In this document: piece by piece, positions 27,153 through 37,530 of the stretch
Numbering within the stretch: position 1 is the first letter of the stretch
Layout of the letters: each line of letters begins with the position of its first letter
Source of the DNA: a virus
Lineage: Duplodnaviria; Caudoviricetes
Virus record (IMG/VR): IMGVR_UViG_3300023174_000192
Coordinates: 1-58,288 of that record
Length of the DNA stretch: 58,288 nt
Direction: 5' to 3' (one strand)
Notes under the pieces: model-generated
Databases searched by the model: none
The model's input: the letters and a program-made list of their open reading frames with translations, nothing else
Told to the model about the DNA's origin: nothing
Translations under genes and position numbers: made by a program

Positions 27153-27953
27153 TTAGAAAGGAACATTATCGCTTGCTTCACGGAGTTCTTCAGTAGGCTC
27201 TTTAACCTTAACTTCACCCGCACGAACGGATTGGCTGAAAGCCACTGCCATTTGGAAAAGTTCTACATCTTCCTCTGCTTTTTCATCAAGCATACGACCA
27301 CGGGTAATTTCCCACCCGAACCAATTACCCTTATCATTGCTTTCAGGGACAGTGCGGAGGTCGTATACGTGTGACATCATAGGCAGAGTGTACAACTTAC
27401 CTTCGCTATTACGCGCTGTAAGTGACTGCATATTGGTAGTCCAAACACGAGCCTTTTTAAGCTGAGTGCTTGTCATTGTAATCAGGCAACGCTGTGGTCC
27501 AAGTTCAGGATGCAGGAGCAATACGAAATACTGCGCCGTATTAGTCAACAAGTTACCGTTAGGAAGGATATCGTTGTTACGATCATCCTTACGGGTAGTG
27601 TGGACAGCATGGTCGTCTGGGCCATAGCTTGTAACATAGCCACCACCCTTTTCACGAGGTGTCCACTCAACATAGCGGCGATTGTAGTAGCAAGGGATTA
27701 CAGAAACCCCCACAGTACCATCGTACGCTTCGTTAAGTACCGTGTTGTACATCATGCCTGCTTCAGCATCCTTCACATAAGCCCCATCACGCTTATTAAC
27801 CTGTGGCGACAACTGCCCCAGAATACGCAGGAAGGGGATAGCTAAGTCTTGAGTGCTGACATCTTCTAGCCCGACACCAGCAAAGTTTTCAAAACTCATC
27901 GGTGAAACAGTGGTTAAAGCTGTTTCTTTTTTAGCAACCATATCTTTCGCCAT
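27153..27953 (-). CDS. Putative single-stranded DNA-binding protein
   Basis: G.E....DL.IPFL..LQ..SP, M.STQLK..R.W, N.KG.W.GW, acidic tail ending VPF. Confidence 0.7.
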   Translation of the reverse strand: MAKDMVAKKETALTTVSPMSFENFAGVGLEDVSTQDLAIPFLRILGQLSPQVNKRDGAYVKDAEAGMMYNTVLNEAYDGTVGVSVIPCYYNRRYVEWTPREKGGGYVTSYGPDDHAVHTTRKDDRNNDILPNGNLLTNTAQYFVLLLHPELGPQRCLITMTSTQLKKARVWTTNMQSLTARNSEGKLYTLPMMSHVYDLRTVPESNDKGNWFGWEITRGRMLDEKAEEDVELFQMAVAFSQSVRAGEVKVKEPTEELREASDNVPF

Positions 27954-27956
27954 GAC

Positions 27957-28499
27957 TCATTTTCCTTTGATCTTTGTTTTACGCCCAGTGAAAACACCGA
28001 ACAAATCTTGAGGTACTGGACGCCCTGCCTCGATTTGCTCTTTTACAAACGCCTTTAAAGTCATAGGTTCTACCCATTCTTTTTGTGACGTATTGTAACC
28101 CTTGTCGGAAAGATCATTTATAAGATCTTTCGCTACATTGTCTTCGTTACGCCCGAAGCCAATGGAAACTACGTTTTTAATCAGGTCACCAAAACTGTTA
28201 GACCGCAGCCAATTAAAGGCATCTTGTGTGCGGTCTTTTGGAATATTGGCCCCATAAAAAGGTGTGACAGTAACAATAGAACCATCCGCCATGCGAAGCT
28301 CACGCAACCCGTGCTCTTCCAAAGCGGCGGGAAGCAGGTCTTCCGAAACTTTACGGAGTTCTTCCTTTTTGGCTTTTGCGAGGTAGTCAAGTGATTCTAT
28401 TTCATGCTCCAGATCCAACTGCCTACGGACCAAATTAGCGACACCTTTTAAATCCCCTTCGCCAAGCGACGAAAGGCTAGTAGCTGCTTGTTCAAACAT
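27957..28499 (-). CDS. Conserved replication-module protein
   Basis: AF.WLR....GD.IKN and V.P.TLKAFVKE motifs, typically found upstream of this SSB type. Confidence 0.7.
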   Translation of the reverse strand: MFEQAATSLSSLGEGDLKGVANLVRRQLDLEHEIESLDYLAKAKKEELRKVSEDLLPAALEEHGLRELRMADGSIVTVTPFYGANIPKDRTQDAFNWLRSNSFGDLIKNVVSIGFGRNEDNVAKDLINDLSDKGYNTSQKEWVEPMTLKAFVKEQIEAGRPVPQDLFGVFTGRKTKIKGK

Positions 28500-28508
28500 A
28501 CTGCTCTC

Positions 28509-28823
28509 CTATACTTTCTGATATAGATCTATGCTTATTGGAAGATACCTGTTTTCCAACCTGTCCCACTTCAATACTTTAAACTTCCCATTATTACTTA
28601 GTGCAGCGATAGCACAGGAAATACCTATGCACACGGGGTCGCCTGAAAGTATAAGGAAATCGTTATCCGTAAACTTACTCAGCTTACGTTCTATGCGCCT
28701 AACAGTAGGCATTGCAGACAAAGCAATTTGGTCTTTGGCAGGGACAAGTATATCAAGGTCGCCGAAACTAGCGGCATCGGATATATCCCGTCCACGCATT
28801 TCCTGAGTAATATAAACTGTCAC
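28509..28823 (-). CDS. Conserved hypothetical protein
   Basis: VY..Q, A..FG, D.L...GDP, L.WDR....Y.P. Confidence 0.7.
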   Translation of the reverse strand: MTVYITQEMRGRDISDAASFGDLDILVPAKDQIALSAMPTVRRIERKLSKFTDNDFLILSGDPVCIGISCAIAALSNNGKFKVLKWDRLENRYLPISIDLYQKV

Positions 28824-28849
28824 GGCTTTCTCCCCGTTATTGGAAACCT

Positions 28850-29055
28850 ATAATGCCCGTGCCAAAAATATAAGACAAGCACTATTTTATCTTACTTTTA
28901 CTAATAGGGGGGGTTTTGGCAAACGGATGCAATAAAAATATTTACACGCCAATATCTGATATCCCGCTATCCCACTATATTTAGTTTTTCCGTCGGCGCA
29001 ATTTTTGTCCGATGAGAAAATAGTTTTTGTTTTTTGCCCAGCCCCCCTATATAGT
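28850..29055. promoter_or_regulatory. Divergent promoter pair
   Basis: Minus: GATAAAATAGTGC-TTGTCT-17-CATTAT (28850-28891). Plus: GAGAAAATAGTTT-TTGTTT-17-TATAGT (29014-29055). Confidence 0.6.
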
Positions 29056-29088
29056 AAAGTTCCAGCCAACAGAAAGGGCAGTGGTCAA

Positions 29089-30534
29089 ATGTTAAGATAT
29101 AATTTCAAACTCAAGCCGTTTCAGCATCAAATGGACGCGCTAGTTAAGTCCCATGACAAGCAAGAGTATGCTTTGTTTTGTGAGATGGGCACAGGTAAGT
29201 CTAAAATACTTATTGATACAATGTGTATGCTTTACGATTCTGGTAAAATCCGAGGTGCTTTAATCATTGCACCTAAAGGGGTTTATAGAAATTGGGAACG
29301 TAACGAGCTACCCACGCACATGCCAGACCACGTGCAGTATGAAATTATTGTATGGTCGCCCTCGCAAACACAGCGTCAGTTAAAAGAACTGGACCGTGCC
29401 TTTGTCACAGATGATGACCTACTAAAAATTGTTGTCATGAACATTGAAGCCTTTAGCACGGACAAAGGCACTGCTTTCGCCAACAACTTTACGCGAAGAG
29501 TGCCATGTTTAATGGTCGTTGATGAAAGTACCACAATTAAATCGCGTAAGGCTAAACGCACTAAGAATGTGGTAAAGGTCGGGCAAAACGCAGCGTACCG
29601 CAGGATCATGACGGGTTCGCCCATTACCCAATCACCATTGGACCTTTACAGCCAATGTGAATTCTTGGGTGACTATTTGTTAGGGTTTCAATCCTATTGG
29701 TCTTTTCAAAACAGGTATGCTGTTATGGTCAGGCGCAGCATAGGATCACACAGTTTTAATAAAATCACGGGCTTCCAAAACTTGTCCGAGCTCACAGAAC
29801 TTATTGAAAAGTTTAGTTTCAGAGTCCGTAAGGAAGACTGTTTAGATCTACCACCCAAGCTGTACACCAAGCGTACCGTAGAACTTACAGATGAGCAGCT
29901 TAAAATCTATAGTCAGCTAAAACGCCTAGCCCTAGCAGAACTTGAAAATGGCGAAACCGTCACAGCCCAAAACATCCTTACTCAGTTGCTACGCCTGCAA
30001 CAGGTATGCTCTGGCTTTGTGAAACTCGACACAGGGGAAATACAGGAAATACCCTCCAATAAGCTAAACGAGCTTATGGAAACTTTGGAAGAAGTTACAG
30101 GGAAAGTTATCATTTGGGCTAACTACACCCACGATATCCTCATGATTGAAAAAGCTATTGCTGAGGTATATGGTAAAGACTCTTGCAATACCTACTACGG
30201 TGCTACAGGAGATAAAGAACGCCCTGAGATTGTAAAAAACTTCCAAGATATGGACCACCCACTGCGTTTTTTCATTGGTCAACCGCGCACGGGGGGTTAT
30301 GGTCTCACCCTGACTGCCGCTACAACAATGATCTACTTCAGTAATGGATACGATTTGGAAGTGCGGCTACAAAGCGAAGATCGCGCACATAGAATCGGAC
30401 AAACTAAAAATGTTACTTATATTGATATTGTCGTTGAGAAAACTGTGGATGAAAAAATCTTGGTGGCCCTGCGTAACAAGATAAATATTGCTACGCAGGT
30501 ATTGGCAGAAGATTATAAACAGTGGTTGATTTAG
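29089..30534 (+). CDS. SNF2-family (SF2) helicase
   Basis: EMGTGKS, VDEST.IK, MTGSP, LLRLQQ, GG.GLTLTAA, QSEDRAHRIGQ; start ATG 29089 after AGAAAGGG. Confidence 0.93.
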   Translation: MLRYNFKLKPFQHQMDALVKSHDKQEYALFCEMGTGKSKILIDTMCMLYDSGKIRGALIIAPKGVYRNWERNELPTHMPDHVQYEIIVWSPSQTQRQLKELDRAFVTDDDLLKIVVMNIEAFSTDKGTAFANNFTRRVPCLMVVDESTTIKSRKAKRTKNVVKVGQNAAYRRIMTGSPITQSPLDLYSQCEFLGDYLLGFQSYWSFQNRYAVMVRRSIGSHSFNKITGFQNLSELTELIEKFSFRVRKEDCLDLPPKLYTKRTVELTDEQLKIYSQLKRLALAELENGETVTAQNILTQLLRLQQVCSGFVKLDTGEIQEIPSNKLNELMETLEEVTGKVIIWANYTHDILMIEKAIAEVYGKDSCNTYYGATGDKERPEIVKNFQDMDHPLRFFIGQPRTGGYGLTLTAATTMIYFSNGYDLEVRLQSEDRAHRIGQTKNVTYIDIVVEKTVDEKILVALRNKINIATQVLAEDYKQWLI

Positions 30535-31046
30535 GCGGTAGCCATTTGGAAAGCGTGTTTTTCAACTTCTGAAACACGCGCTGTCCAACCTTTCCCAAAC
30601 GTAGGGAAAATTGGCAATGATTCAAGGAACTTCTGCCGTTCTTCACACAGTTCTGTTACCAGTTCACTTGCGTTGCAGGCTTCAAGAGCTTTCAACGTAG
30701 CTGGTCCTATTGCACCATCTTGGTTAGCACCAACGATGCGCTGCAAGAACTTGGCTGCACGACCTGTGCCGCTGTTTACAGAAAAATCAAACGCAGCGTA
30801 ATCTAGTCCTTCGGGAAGATCGTCACCACGGATTTTGTCCCAATACAGTTTCTTGTAAAGGGGCTTTACGTCATCTATTGAAAGATGGCGCATTGTCATC
30901 TCATCAATTTCATGTCCTACGTATTCTTCCCAAACTTTTTTAGTTACCCCAAGGTTTGTCATGCCTCCGGGATCTTTTGGGTTATTTACGTAACCACCTT
31001 CGTGTTTGATAACCAACGAGAAGGCTTCATCAAAATTCTCTCTCAC
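30531..31046 (-). CDS. Endolysin, glycoside hydrolase family 108 with peptidoglycan-binding domain
   Basis: HEGGYVN.P.DPGG.TN.GVT, FD..VNSG, DG.IGP.T, FGKGW..R. Confidence 0.93.
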   Translation of the reverse strand: MRENFDEAFSLVIKHEGGYVNNPKDPGGMTNLGVTKKVWEEYVGHEIDEMTMRHLSIDDVKPLYKKLYWDKIRGDDLPEGLDYAAFDFSVNSGTGRAAKFLQRIVGANQDGAIGPATLKALEACNASELVTELCEERQKFLESLPIFPTFGKGWTARVSEVEKHAFQMATA

Positions 31047-34000
31047 CCTGCTCTCCTTTGTGCGAGAATTGCCCCCAACGGGTCGTTAGGGAACAAGTTT
31101 TGGTATTCCATGGAACTGCGTTTTTGAGGAGCGGCTGGTCCTACGGGAGGGGCAGCAGGAGTAGGGTAGCCAGTTCCGGGTCTTGGATTAACTGTGATGG
31201 TATTCCCACTTACCCCTGATTCAGGGTTAGTGGTGGGTGTGCTAGGCACAACAACAGGTGCTCCACGAGTATCTACAGGGGTCGGAGATACCTGTGGGAT
31301 AACCAAGGGCTTGTTTTGTATGGCAGGCATCTCTTTAAAAGTACGAGGCTGCTTAGGGGCAGGCAATTGATTAGAGGGCAGCACCGAAGAAGGTTCTACA
31401 GGAGTTTCTTCAGGTTTTTCTTCTTTTGCATACGGACGTCCATCAGGACGTAGCCCTAAATTGTACATATACCCCTGAAGTTTATCCTGCTGGCGTTTAG
31501 TAGGAGTACCGTTTGCCCCTGCTTTTTCAGCAAGAAGTTTTGCAAAATCTGAATCATACATAACTTTTTCCATGACCTGATCAAATGCCGCCCGTTGGCG
31601 AGCATTGATGAACCTTCCGCCGAAAGCAAAAGCGAGATACTCTGGAGAAACTTGTTTTTGACCTGCGGAACGGACAGCATTAAATAAACTTGGAAGAGTA
31701 ATGCCCGTGTACCGTTCAAATTTATCAACTCCCGTAAGAGTTTGCATAGCAGAACCCTGTGCTCCTGCATCTGCATAGAGTGCTAATCCCATCCCCTTCG
31801 CAGCAGTCTCTAAGTTTTTAAGATGCTCTTTTCCCAAAGACATTTCAAGAGCTCTGCGGTTATCGTTAATTGCTTGCAGGAACCCTCCTGGATTAGAAAT
31901 ATCATTTGTCTCCCGTAAACGGGTCCAAACAGCTTGATTAAAAGCCTCTTTAAGTCCAGAATCATTAGCTGCATCTATTTTACTGACTATGGCCTTCATA
32001 TCTGCTGGTCTAGAAATAAGCTGGTCAATGTACTGTTCCGGAGAGAGCTCGGCAGATTTAACTCTATCCAACAGTTTATTTACCCTATCGCTATTAATAG
32101 CTGCCTGACGAGCTTTTAATTCAACCTGCCTTTCAGCCATAGCAGAAGCAGCAGATTGCACATTAGACAATTCGTCGTGCAAACCGAGAGTTGTTAAAAT
32201 CTCTCTATTCTTAGTGATAAATGTTTCTAGTTTACTAGGAATAATGACACCATCTTTCACAGCGGTATCTTTAGCCCCATCTAAAATAACATTTCTCATA
32301 GAAGCAACAGCTTCTGGTTTATCTTTATAAAGATTTAAAAAGTCTGTAGCATTTTCAACATTTTTCGTGAAAGATTTCGCAACAGCCTCATCACTCGTTA
32401 CGTAACGAATGTCATTGGGCCGTGAGGCACTGCTAGGAGATAAAACTTGATAGGCTATCCCACGTTCAAAAGGCAGGGCATACTCTTCGCGATATCGATC
32501 TTTAAACTTCACCCAATTTTCATTGGTAGAATAATACAAATTACCAAATGTATCCAACCGTTCTTTAAACTCGGCAAGATGTTTAATATCACTGCCTTGA
32601 TTATTCGCAATAGCAGCAGAAAGTTCATCGCCTACCTTATCGCGATATTTTTTCCAAGTTTGAAAATTTATGACGCTAGCTTGATCGTTCACAAAATCAC
32701 GAATGACTTTTGGCAAATAACGATCTACATCATTAGGTTTATCAACTGTTCCTTCAAAAAAGGCTTCTCTAATCGCTTTTTTCACAGGATTAAACAAGGC
32801 TCCAGGATTAGCCTCGTCAAGACCAATATCCGTCGCTAATTTATCTAATTCAACCTTTTTATCGTCTTTTGCTTTTTGCAAAGCACGACGAATATTAGCA
32901 CCCTCTGTAGCCCTATTTTCTACATTAGGGAATGTACCAGCGAGTCCTTCTGATTCTTCGCGAAGAGCGCGTTGTGCAGCAGATAAAGCTCCTTGTTCGC
33001 CTTCTGTGATGCTATGGAGCTGAGAAACTACTGCTGTAGGAGCGGCTTCTTTATAAGGGTTTTTCAAATCAAGAAAATTTTGTACGGTTTCTATGTTCGT
33101 ATTAATACGTTCCACATTCCTACGCGCAGATTCTCCGGAAGCAGCGCGTTGTGATGCTTCTTGGCCTAACCGCAAAGTAGTATCTTGCGATAATTCAGCA
33201 GGAGTCAGGGTTAAAGGAGTCCCTGCTTTTTTAAATTCTTCGGCAATCCGCTGGGCTTCTTGCAAATTACCATTTTTCATCGCGCTGTCAAATGCTTTTT
33301 GCATTTCAACACCGATAGTTTCTTGCGCTTTATCTTCTAGAGCTTGTTTACCAGAACCAAAAGGCAAAGACTCATGCGCCCACGAAAGTAAATTACGAGT
33401 AGGAGACCATTTATAAAGCAGTTTTGCTCCTGCTACTGCCAGAGTAGGGAGAGTGCCCCCTGCAATATCTCCCACACCTGTGCGGTGACCTGTGAATTCT
33501 TCTTCAGCAGTACCCGTTGCTCCAGAAGCAGCATTAGAAAGTAACTCTGCCAAAGTTACTCGTGCTGGATTTGCTGCGAAAGCATTAAGTCCTTCATTAG
33601 CAGCACCGACTAAAGCGCGACCTGCGTAATCTAAACTACCTCTAATCCCAGGAACTGCAGGAATAAGAGCATCGCGTTGTATCGCCTCACGAGCAGCGGT
33701 ACCTGAACCAGTACCTATTTCTTGCAAAACACCATTTCTGTTCACAACAATAGCAGGGGTAAACGGACGTTGCCCTGCTATCATGTACGGAACATACGCT
33801 GACGCTTCACCTGCTCCAGCCAAAACTTTTTCACCAAAAGTTGTCGGTTTCCTAGGTTCTCCTGCGCCCATACTGACACTACCAAGACCAAAAGGAAGAG
33901 ACAACAACTCCTGTTTTTGTTTATAATCGGCAGCGTTAAAAAACCGAGTAAGGATATTTCGGTTTGCCTGCGGATCATCAGAAGCCTCGAGCAGCCCAGA

Positions 34001-34306
34001 TTTTTCTGCCCCGTATGCTAAAGCATTGATAGCTATGTCGGGGAGTGCGAGCAACGTCTTATTGAAACTACCGAAATAAGCACTCGTAAGACCAGTTCCT
34101 TCATCGGGAACCTTTTTAGAATACAAAGTATCTTGATTAGCCGCATCAGGAAGGACCATAGTCCGTTGTCCTGCCGCCGTCATTCCAGGAGACTGAACAT
34201 CAATAGAACGTGCAGGGGTAGGTTTTCCCGAGTCAGAGCTGGATACGGGAACTCCCCCAAGCTGCTCGGAAAGATCAGGTGTCTCCACTGTATCTTGTTT
34301 CGACAT
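31043..34306 (-). CDS. Large internal virion / DNA ejection protein
   Basis: 1087 aa, helical, last of four large genes after the tail genes; C-terminal Y..LFPND motif. Call is positional. Confidence 0.65.
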   Translation of the reverse strand: MSKQDTVETPDLSEQLGGVPVSSSDSGKPTPARSIDVQSPGMTAAGQRTMVLPDAANQDTLYSKKVPDEGTGLTSAYFGSFNKTLLALPDIAINALAYGAEKSGLLEASDDPQANRNILTRFFNAADYKQKQELLSLPFGLGSVSMGAGEPRKPTTFGEKVLAGAGEASAYVPYMIAGQRPFTPAIVVNRNGVLQEIGTGSGTAAREAIQRDALIPAVPGIRGSLDYAGRALVGAANEGLNAFAANPARVTLAELLSNAASGATGTAEEEFTGHRTGVGDIAGGTLPTLAVAGAKLLYKWSPTRNLLSWAHESLPFGSGKQALEDKAQETIGVEMQKAFDSAMKNGNLQEAQRIAEEFKKAGTPLTLTPAELSQDTTLRLGQEASQRAASGESARRNVERINTNIETVQNFLDLKNPYKEAAPTAVVSQLHSITEGEQGALSAAQRALREESEGLAGTFPNVENRATEGANIRRALQKAKDDKKVELDKLATDIGLDEANPGALFNPVKKAIREAFFEGTVDKPNDVDRYLPKVIRDFVNDQASVINFQTWKKYRDKVGDELSAAIANNQGSDIKHLAEFKERLDTFGNLYYSTNENWVKFKDRYREEYALPFERGIAYQVLSPSSASRPNDIRYVTSDEAVAKSFTKNVENATDFLNLYKDKPEAVASMRNVILDGAKDTAVKDGVIIPSKLETFITKNREILTTLGLHDELSNVQSAASAMAERQVELKARQAAINSDRVNKLLDRVKSAELSPEQYIDQLISRPADMKAIVSKIDAANDSGLKEAFNQAVWTRLRETNDISNPGGFLQAINDNRRALEMSLGKEHLKNLETAAKGMGLALYADAGAQGSAMQTLTGVDKFERYTGITLPSLFNAVRSAGQKQVSPEYLAFAFGGRFINARQRAAFDQVMEKVMYDSDFAKLLAEKAGANGTPTKRQQDKLQGYMYNLGLRPDGRPYAKEEKPEETPVEPSSVLPSNQLPAPKQPRTFKEMPAIQNKPLVIPQVSPTPVDTRGAPVVVPSTPTTNPESGVSGNTITVNPRPGTGYPTPAAPPVGPAAPQKRSSMEYQNLFPNDPLGAILAQRRAG

Positions 34307-34321
34307 AGTTTTCCACCTTTA

Positions 34322-36466
34322 TCACTGGATGACTCTTAGTCCATCTTTAGTACGGTAATGTACGCCATTCAAATTAATACCATTATTTTTGAGTTCCAAC
34401 AAATAACCCTGTTTATCAGCAGGAAACGGATCGTTTTCTGTCCCTGTTGGAATACGCTCTAAATACAAAGGAGGCCTATTTTCTTGGCGAGCCCGTTCAA
34501 ATTCAATTTGATTACGTAGTTCCCTACCAAGTGTTTGAATTCTGACCATTGCCTCTTTAGGATTTTGAAAAAACTTTTCTGGTTGAGCGACAAGATCATC
34601 GGTAATTTTAATTTCACCGAGCGGATGTCTATCGTTTTGAGAAAAGGCTTCTCTAACCTGTTGACGAGCAATTTTCATTTGCTCTACAGCAGCGGCATTA
34701 TTATAAAATTCAGTCCAACCACTAAACTTTTCAGGGGTGAATGTTCCAAGATACCGAGTAGACAGGCTTTTCATTGTACCCACTGGACCCGTTGCGTTGG
34801 AAGTAGCTGCTAAAAGATCGTCCAAACTACGCAGGTATTTCTGACCAGCATCGATTTTATTATTGGATTCTTCCAACTGTTTATCCGTCATTTTGCTATA
34901 TGTGACGAAAGGTTTGTCATCTTTTTTAACAAAATAGCGTTCCGGACCATCCCCTGTAATCGCACCGATAGTACGTGCGGGGTTATTAGCAGCCCTTTGA
35001 ACAGTAGCGTTCTGAGCTTGTGCGACAGCTTGCGACAACTCATCGCCACCGCCTGCTGCCGTGGTAGCTGCTGCCATTGTAGTGGTCGCCGCAGGTGCTC
35101 CCGCAGCCGCCTGCTTCCTAAGAATTTCCTCTGCCAACTTAGGATCACTGTTTGGAATAGGTATTTTATCCCCAGCACCAGTCGGCTCATTAGGAAACTT
35201 AAAGTTTTGACCTTGATACGGGCCAAAGGTCGGTGTTTGAATAGTAGCATTACCATCTTGACGAGTTTTAAGAACATCAGTAAGTTTGCCTTGAATCCCT
35301 TTGCCAGAATCAAAGAAAACTTTCATCCCACCTTCAACATAGAAATTCTGTTTACTGACTGGGTCAGTAAAGCCGATAACTTCTCTGATACCGAAATTAC
35401 TATTCGGATCCAAAATAACGAATGGATTAGATGTACCGCCTGCTGTTTCCATTTTCTCATTAAAGAGTCGGAACGGTGCTGTGATCGGCTTGCCATTAGT
35501 AGCATCGTGGAAAGTTTGGCCTTTCTGTACGGCTGTTGTACGAGGGCCATATGTTCCATCTGGTTGCATGATCTGAATATCAACAGCCGCTTTAACATCT
35601 TTATCACGCAAACTGGCGAGGAAGGTAGGATCAGCAGGGAAAGCACCTTGAGGAAGAGGCTTACCATCCAACCCAACAATACCATTTTCTGTTCTACGCG
35701 CACCCATAATAGTGTAACCAAGCGGAGCAGATGAGTCAGGCACGGCAAAGGAATCAGTACCCGTAACCCCATACTGAGCAGCAATAGTACGAGTTAGGCG
35801 ATCTTCTCCAGCAGCTTCAGTGAAAGCTGTTTTCAATGCGTCAAGACCAACTGTCTGGCGTTGTAGTTTATCACGCTCATAAGTATCCATGGCCGAAGCA
35901 CGAATCTGCTGCCGCAGCTTTTGTTCTTCACTAGAAATTTTGCCCATAGTAGCAGCAAACTCTGGCAACGCAGCACCAATAGCAGAGCCGACACTTCCTG
36001 GAGTAGACATGATCCTACCACCAAGGGCCATGATCCCCAAAGCCTGCTGGAATTTAGTGTCCTGTGGACCAATGATCTTTTCGCGCTGTGCAACCAAATC
36101 TTCATAACTACGCTCTGGACCAAGGGCTTTATTAGCTAGACCCTGATACCGTGCAAGAATATTCTCATAGTTGGAAGGACCAACTGCGCCTTTAGCACTC
36201 ATAGTAGCGGTGGGAGCATTTGTGATCTTTTGCCCTGTAATAGCATCGTACTGATCAGAAGGCAGACCAACATCCTGTACGTCATTATTTTCAGCATAAA
36301 CAGAATTATCAGGTGTTGCAGCAACAACACCCTGTGGACCAGTACCCCCTGCAAGATGCTGAGCACCCTCATCATCCACAACAAGTTTGGTTATCCCAGT
36401 ACCATGAGCACGGGCTTTAGGGGTGTATTTTGAAAACAGGTTGCGAGCTAAAACCTTATTCATCAC
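34322..36466 (-). CDS. Internal virion / DNA ejection protein
   Basis: 714 aa; N-terminal VL.R.LF motif; position. Confidence 0.6.
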   Translation of the reverse strand: MMNKVLARNLFSKYTPKARAHGTGITKLVVDDEGAQHLAGGTGPQGVVAATPDNSVYAENNDVQDVGLPSDQYDAITGQKITNAPTATMSAKGAVGPSNYENILARYQGLANKALGPERSYEDLVAQREKIIGPQDTKFQQALGIMALGGRIMSTPGSVGSAIGAALPEFAATMGKISSEEQKLRQQIRASAMDTYERDKLQRQTVGLDALKTAFTEAAGEDRLTRTIAAQYGVTGTDSFAVPDSSAPLGYTIMGARRTENGIVGLDGKPLPQGAFPADPTFLASLRDKDVKAAVDIQIMQPDGTYGPRTTAVQKGQTFHDATNGKPITAPFRLFNEKMETAGGTSNPFVILDPNSNFGIREVIGFTDPVSKQNFYVEGGMKVFFDSGKGIQGKLTDVLKTRQDGNATIQTPTFGPYQGQNFKFPNEPTGAGDKIPIPNSDPKLAEEILRKQAAAGAPAATTTMAAATTAAGGGDELSQAVAQAQNATVQRAANNPARTIGAITGDGPERYFVKKDDKPFVTYSKMTDKQLEESNNKIDAGQKYLRSLDDLLAATSNATGPVGTMKSLSTRYLGTFTPEKFSGWTEFYNNAAAVEQMKIARQQVREAFSQNDRHPLGEIKITDDLVAQPEKFFQNPKEAMVRIQTLGRELRNQIEFERARQENRPPLYLERIPTGTENDPFPADKQGYLLELKNNGINLNGVHYRTKDGLRVIQ

Positions 36467-37530
36467 GCAGTACCACCTAGCTTATTAAGAGCTGCCGCCC
36501 CACCGAGGGCCGCGATGCCGCCACCAATAACCTGAGAACCGATAGAAGCAGAAGGAGCACTTGCAGATGTAAGTGTCTGCTGAGAAGTAGGAACTCCTTT
36601 GTAGATATCAGAACGGAAGCCGAGGCGTTGGTAAGGCTCATACATCTGCTGTAAAGTAGATTGACGTTGAGCATCCAAAACCTGTTGCTGTTGTTTTTGT
36701 TGGGCTTCGCCAATCTGGTACAGCTGATTAACCTCGTTACCGCGCAGTTTAGATTGCAGTTCGCCAAGAGCAGCTTGCTGCACTCCGAGTTTACCGAATT
36801 CAGTACCAATACTGCCTATGCCAAGACCCAATGATCGACTAATTTCAGCTTGCTGCGCTGCAAGACTACCACCCATTTGGGCAGTTGCTAAGTAACCTTG
36901 GGCCGCTTGACCTTGACGAGACATTTGGTTTTGAAAATTCTGCATAGAAGCCTGCTGGGCAGCATTATAATCACGCCCATAGGCTTCACCAATACTGTTT
37001 CCAAGATTACGTTGATTTTCTGCTGTCTGAACACCGAATCTGCTGCCGCCAAAAGCTCCCGCCTTAGTGGCTGCTCCAGCATTATTTAAATTGTTTTGAG
37101 CATATTGCCGACGGATAGCATCTTCAACATAGCTTTGATAAGGGTTAAGGAACCCCTGAACAGAGTTAGGATCATACTGTTGAGTCATGCCTTGGAAGGC
37201 TTGTCCACCTCTTTGTGCGTAATCCATCGCTCCTGGAAATGCAGATAAAGAACTTAACCCGCCTGCAATAACATCCCGCCCTTCGCCTAACGTCGAAGCA
37301 GAACCCGTAAGAGCACTAGCCCCTGCATTAATAAAAGGTAAAAAAGAACCCACACCAGAAGCAGCTAACTCACCTGCTTGAGTCTGCAAAGGAGATACTG
37401 CTGCCGTATTATAAGTAGGAAGCTGAAGCGGAGTGCTTGTAAGGGCGGTAGCATCCTCCAAAATACCAAGACGTTTGGCTTCTACATCAGGGGCTTCCCT
37501 GACAATTGACTCTGTGGTTGTATTTGCCAT
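36463..37530 (-). CDS. Internal virion / DNA pilot-like protein
   Basis: Gln/Gly/Ala-rich with NPY, AGAFGGSR, PYQRL motifs and a hydrophobic Gly-rich C-terminus. Confidence 0.7.
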   Translation of the reverse strand: MANTTTESIVREAPDVEAKRLGILEDATALTSTPLQLPTYNTAAVSPLQTQAGELAASGVGSFLPFINAGASALTGSASTLGEGRDVIAGGLSSLSAFPGAMDYAQRGGQAFQGMTQQYDPNSVQGFLNPYQSYVEDAIRRQYAQNNLNNAGAATKAGAFGGSRFGVQTAENQRNLGNSIGEAYGRDYNAAQQASMQNFQNQMSRQGQAAQGYLATAQMGGSLAAQQAEISRSLGLGIGSIGTEFGKLGVQQAALGELQSKLRGNEVNQLYQIGEAQQKQQQQVLDAQRQSTLQQMYEPYQRLGFRSDIYKGVPTSQQTLTSASAPSASIGSQVIGGGIAALGGAAALNKLGGTA

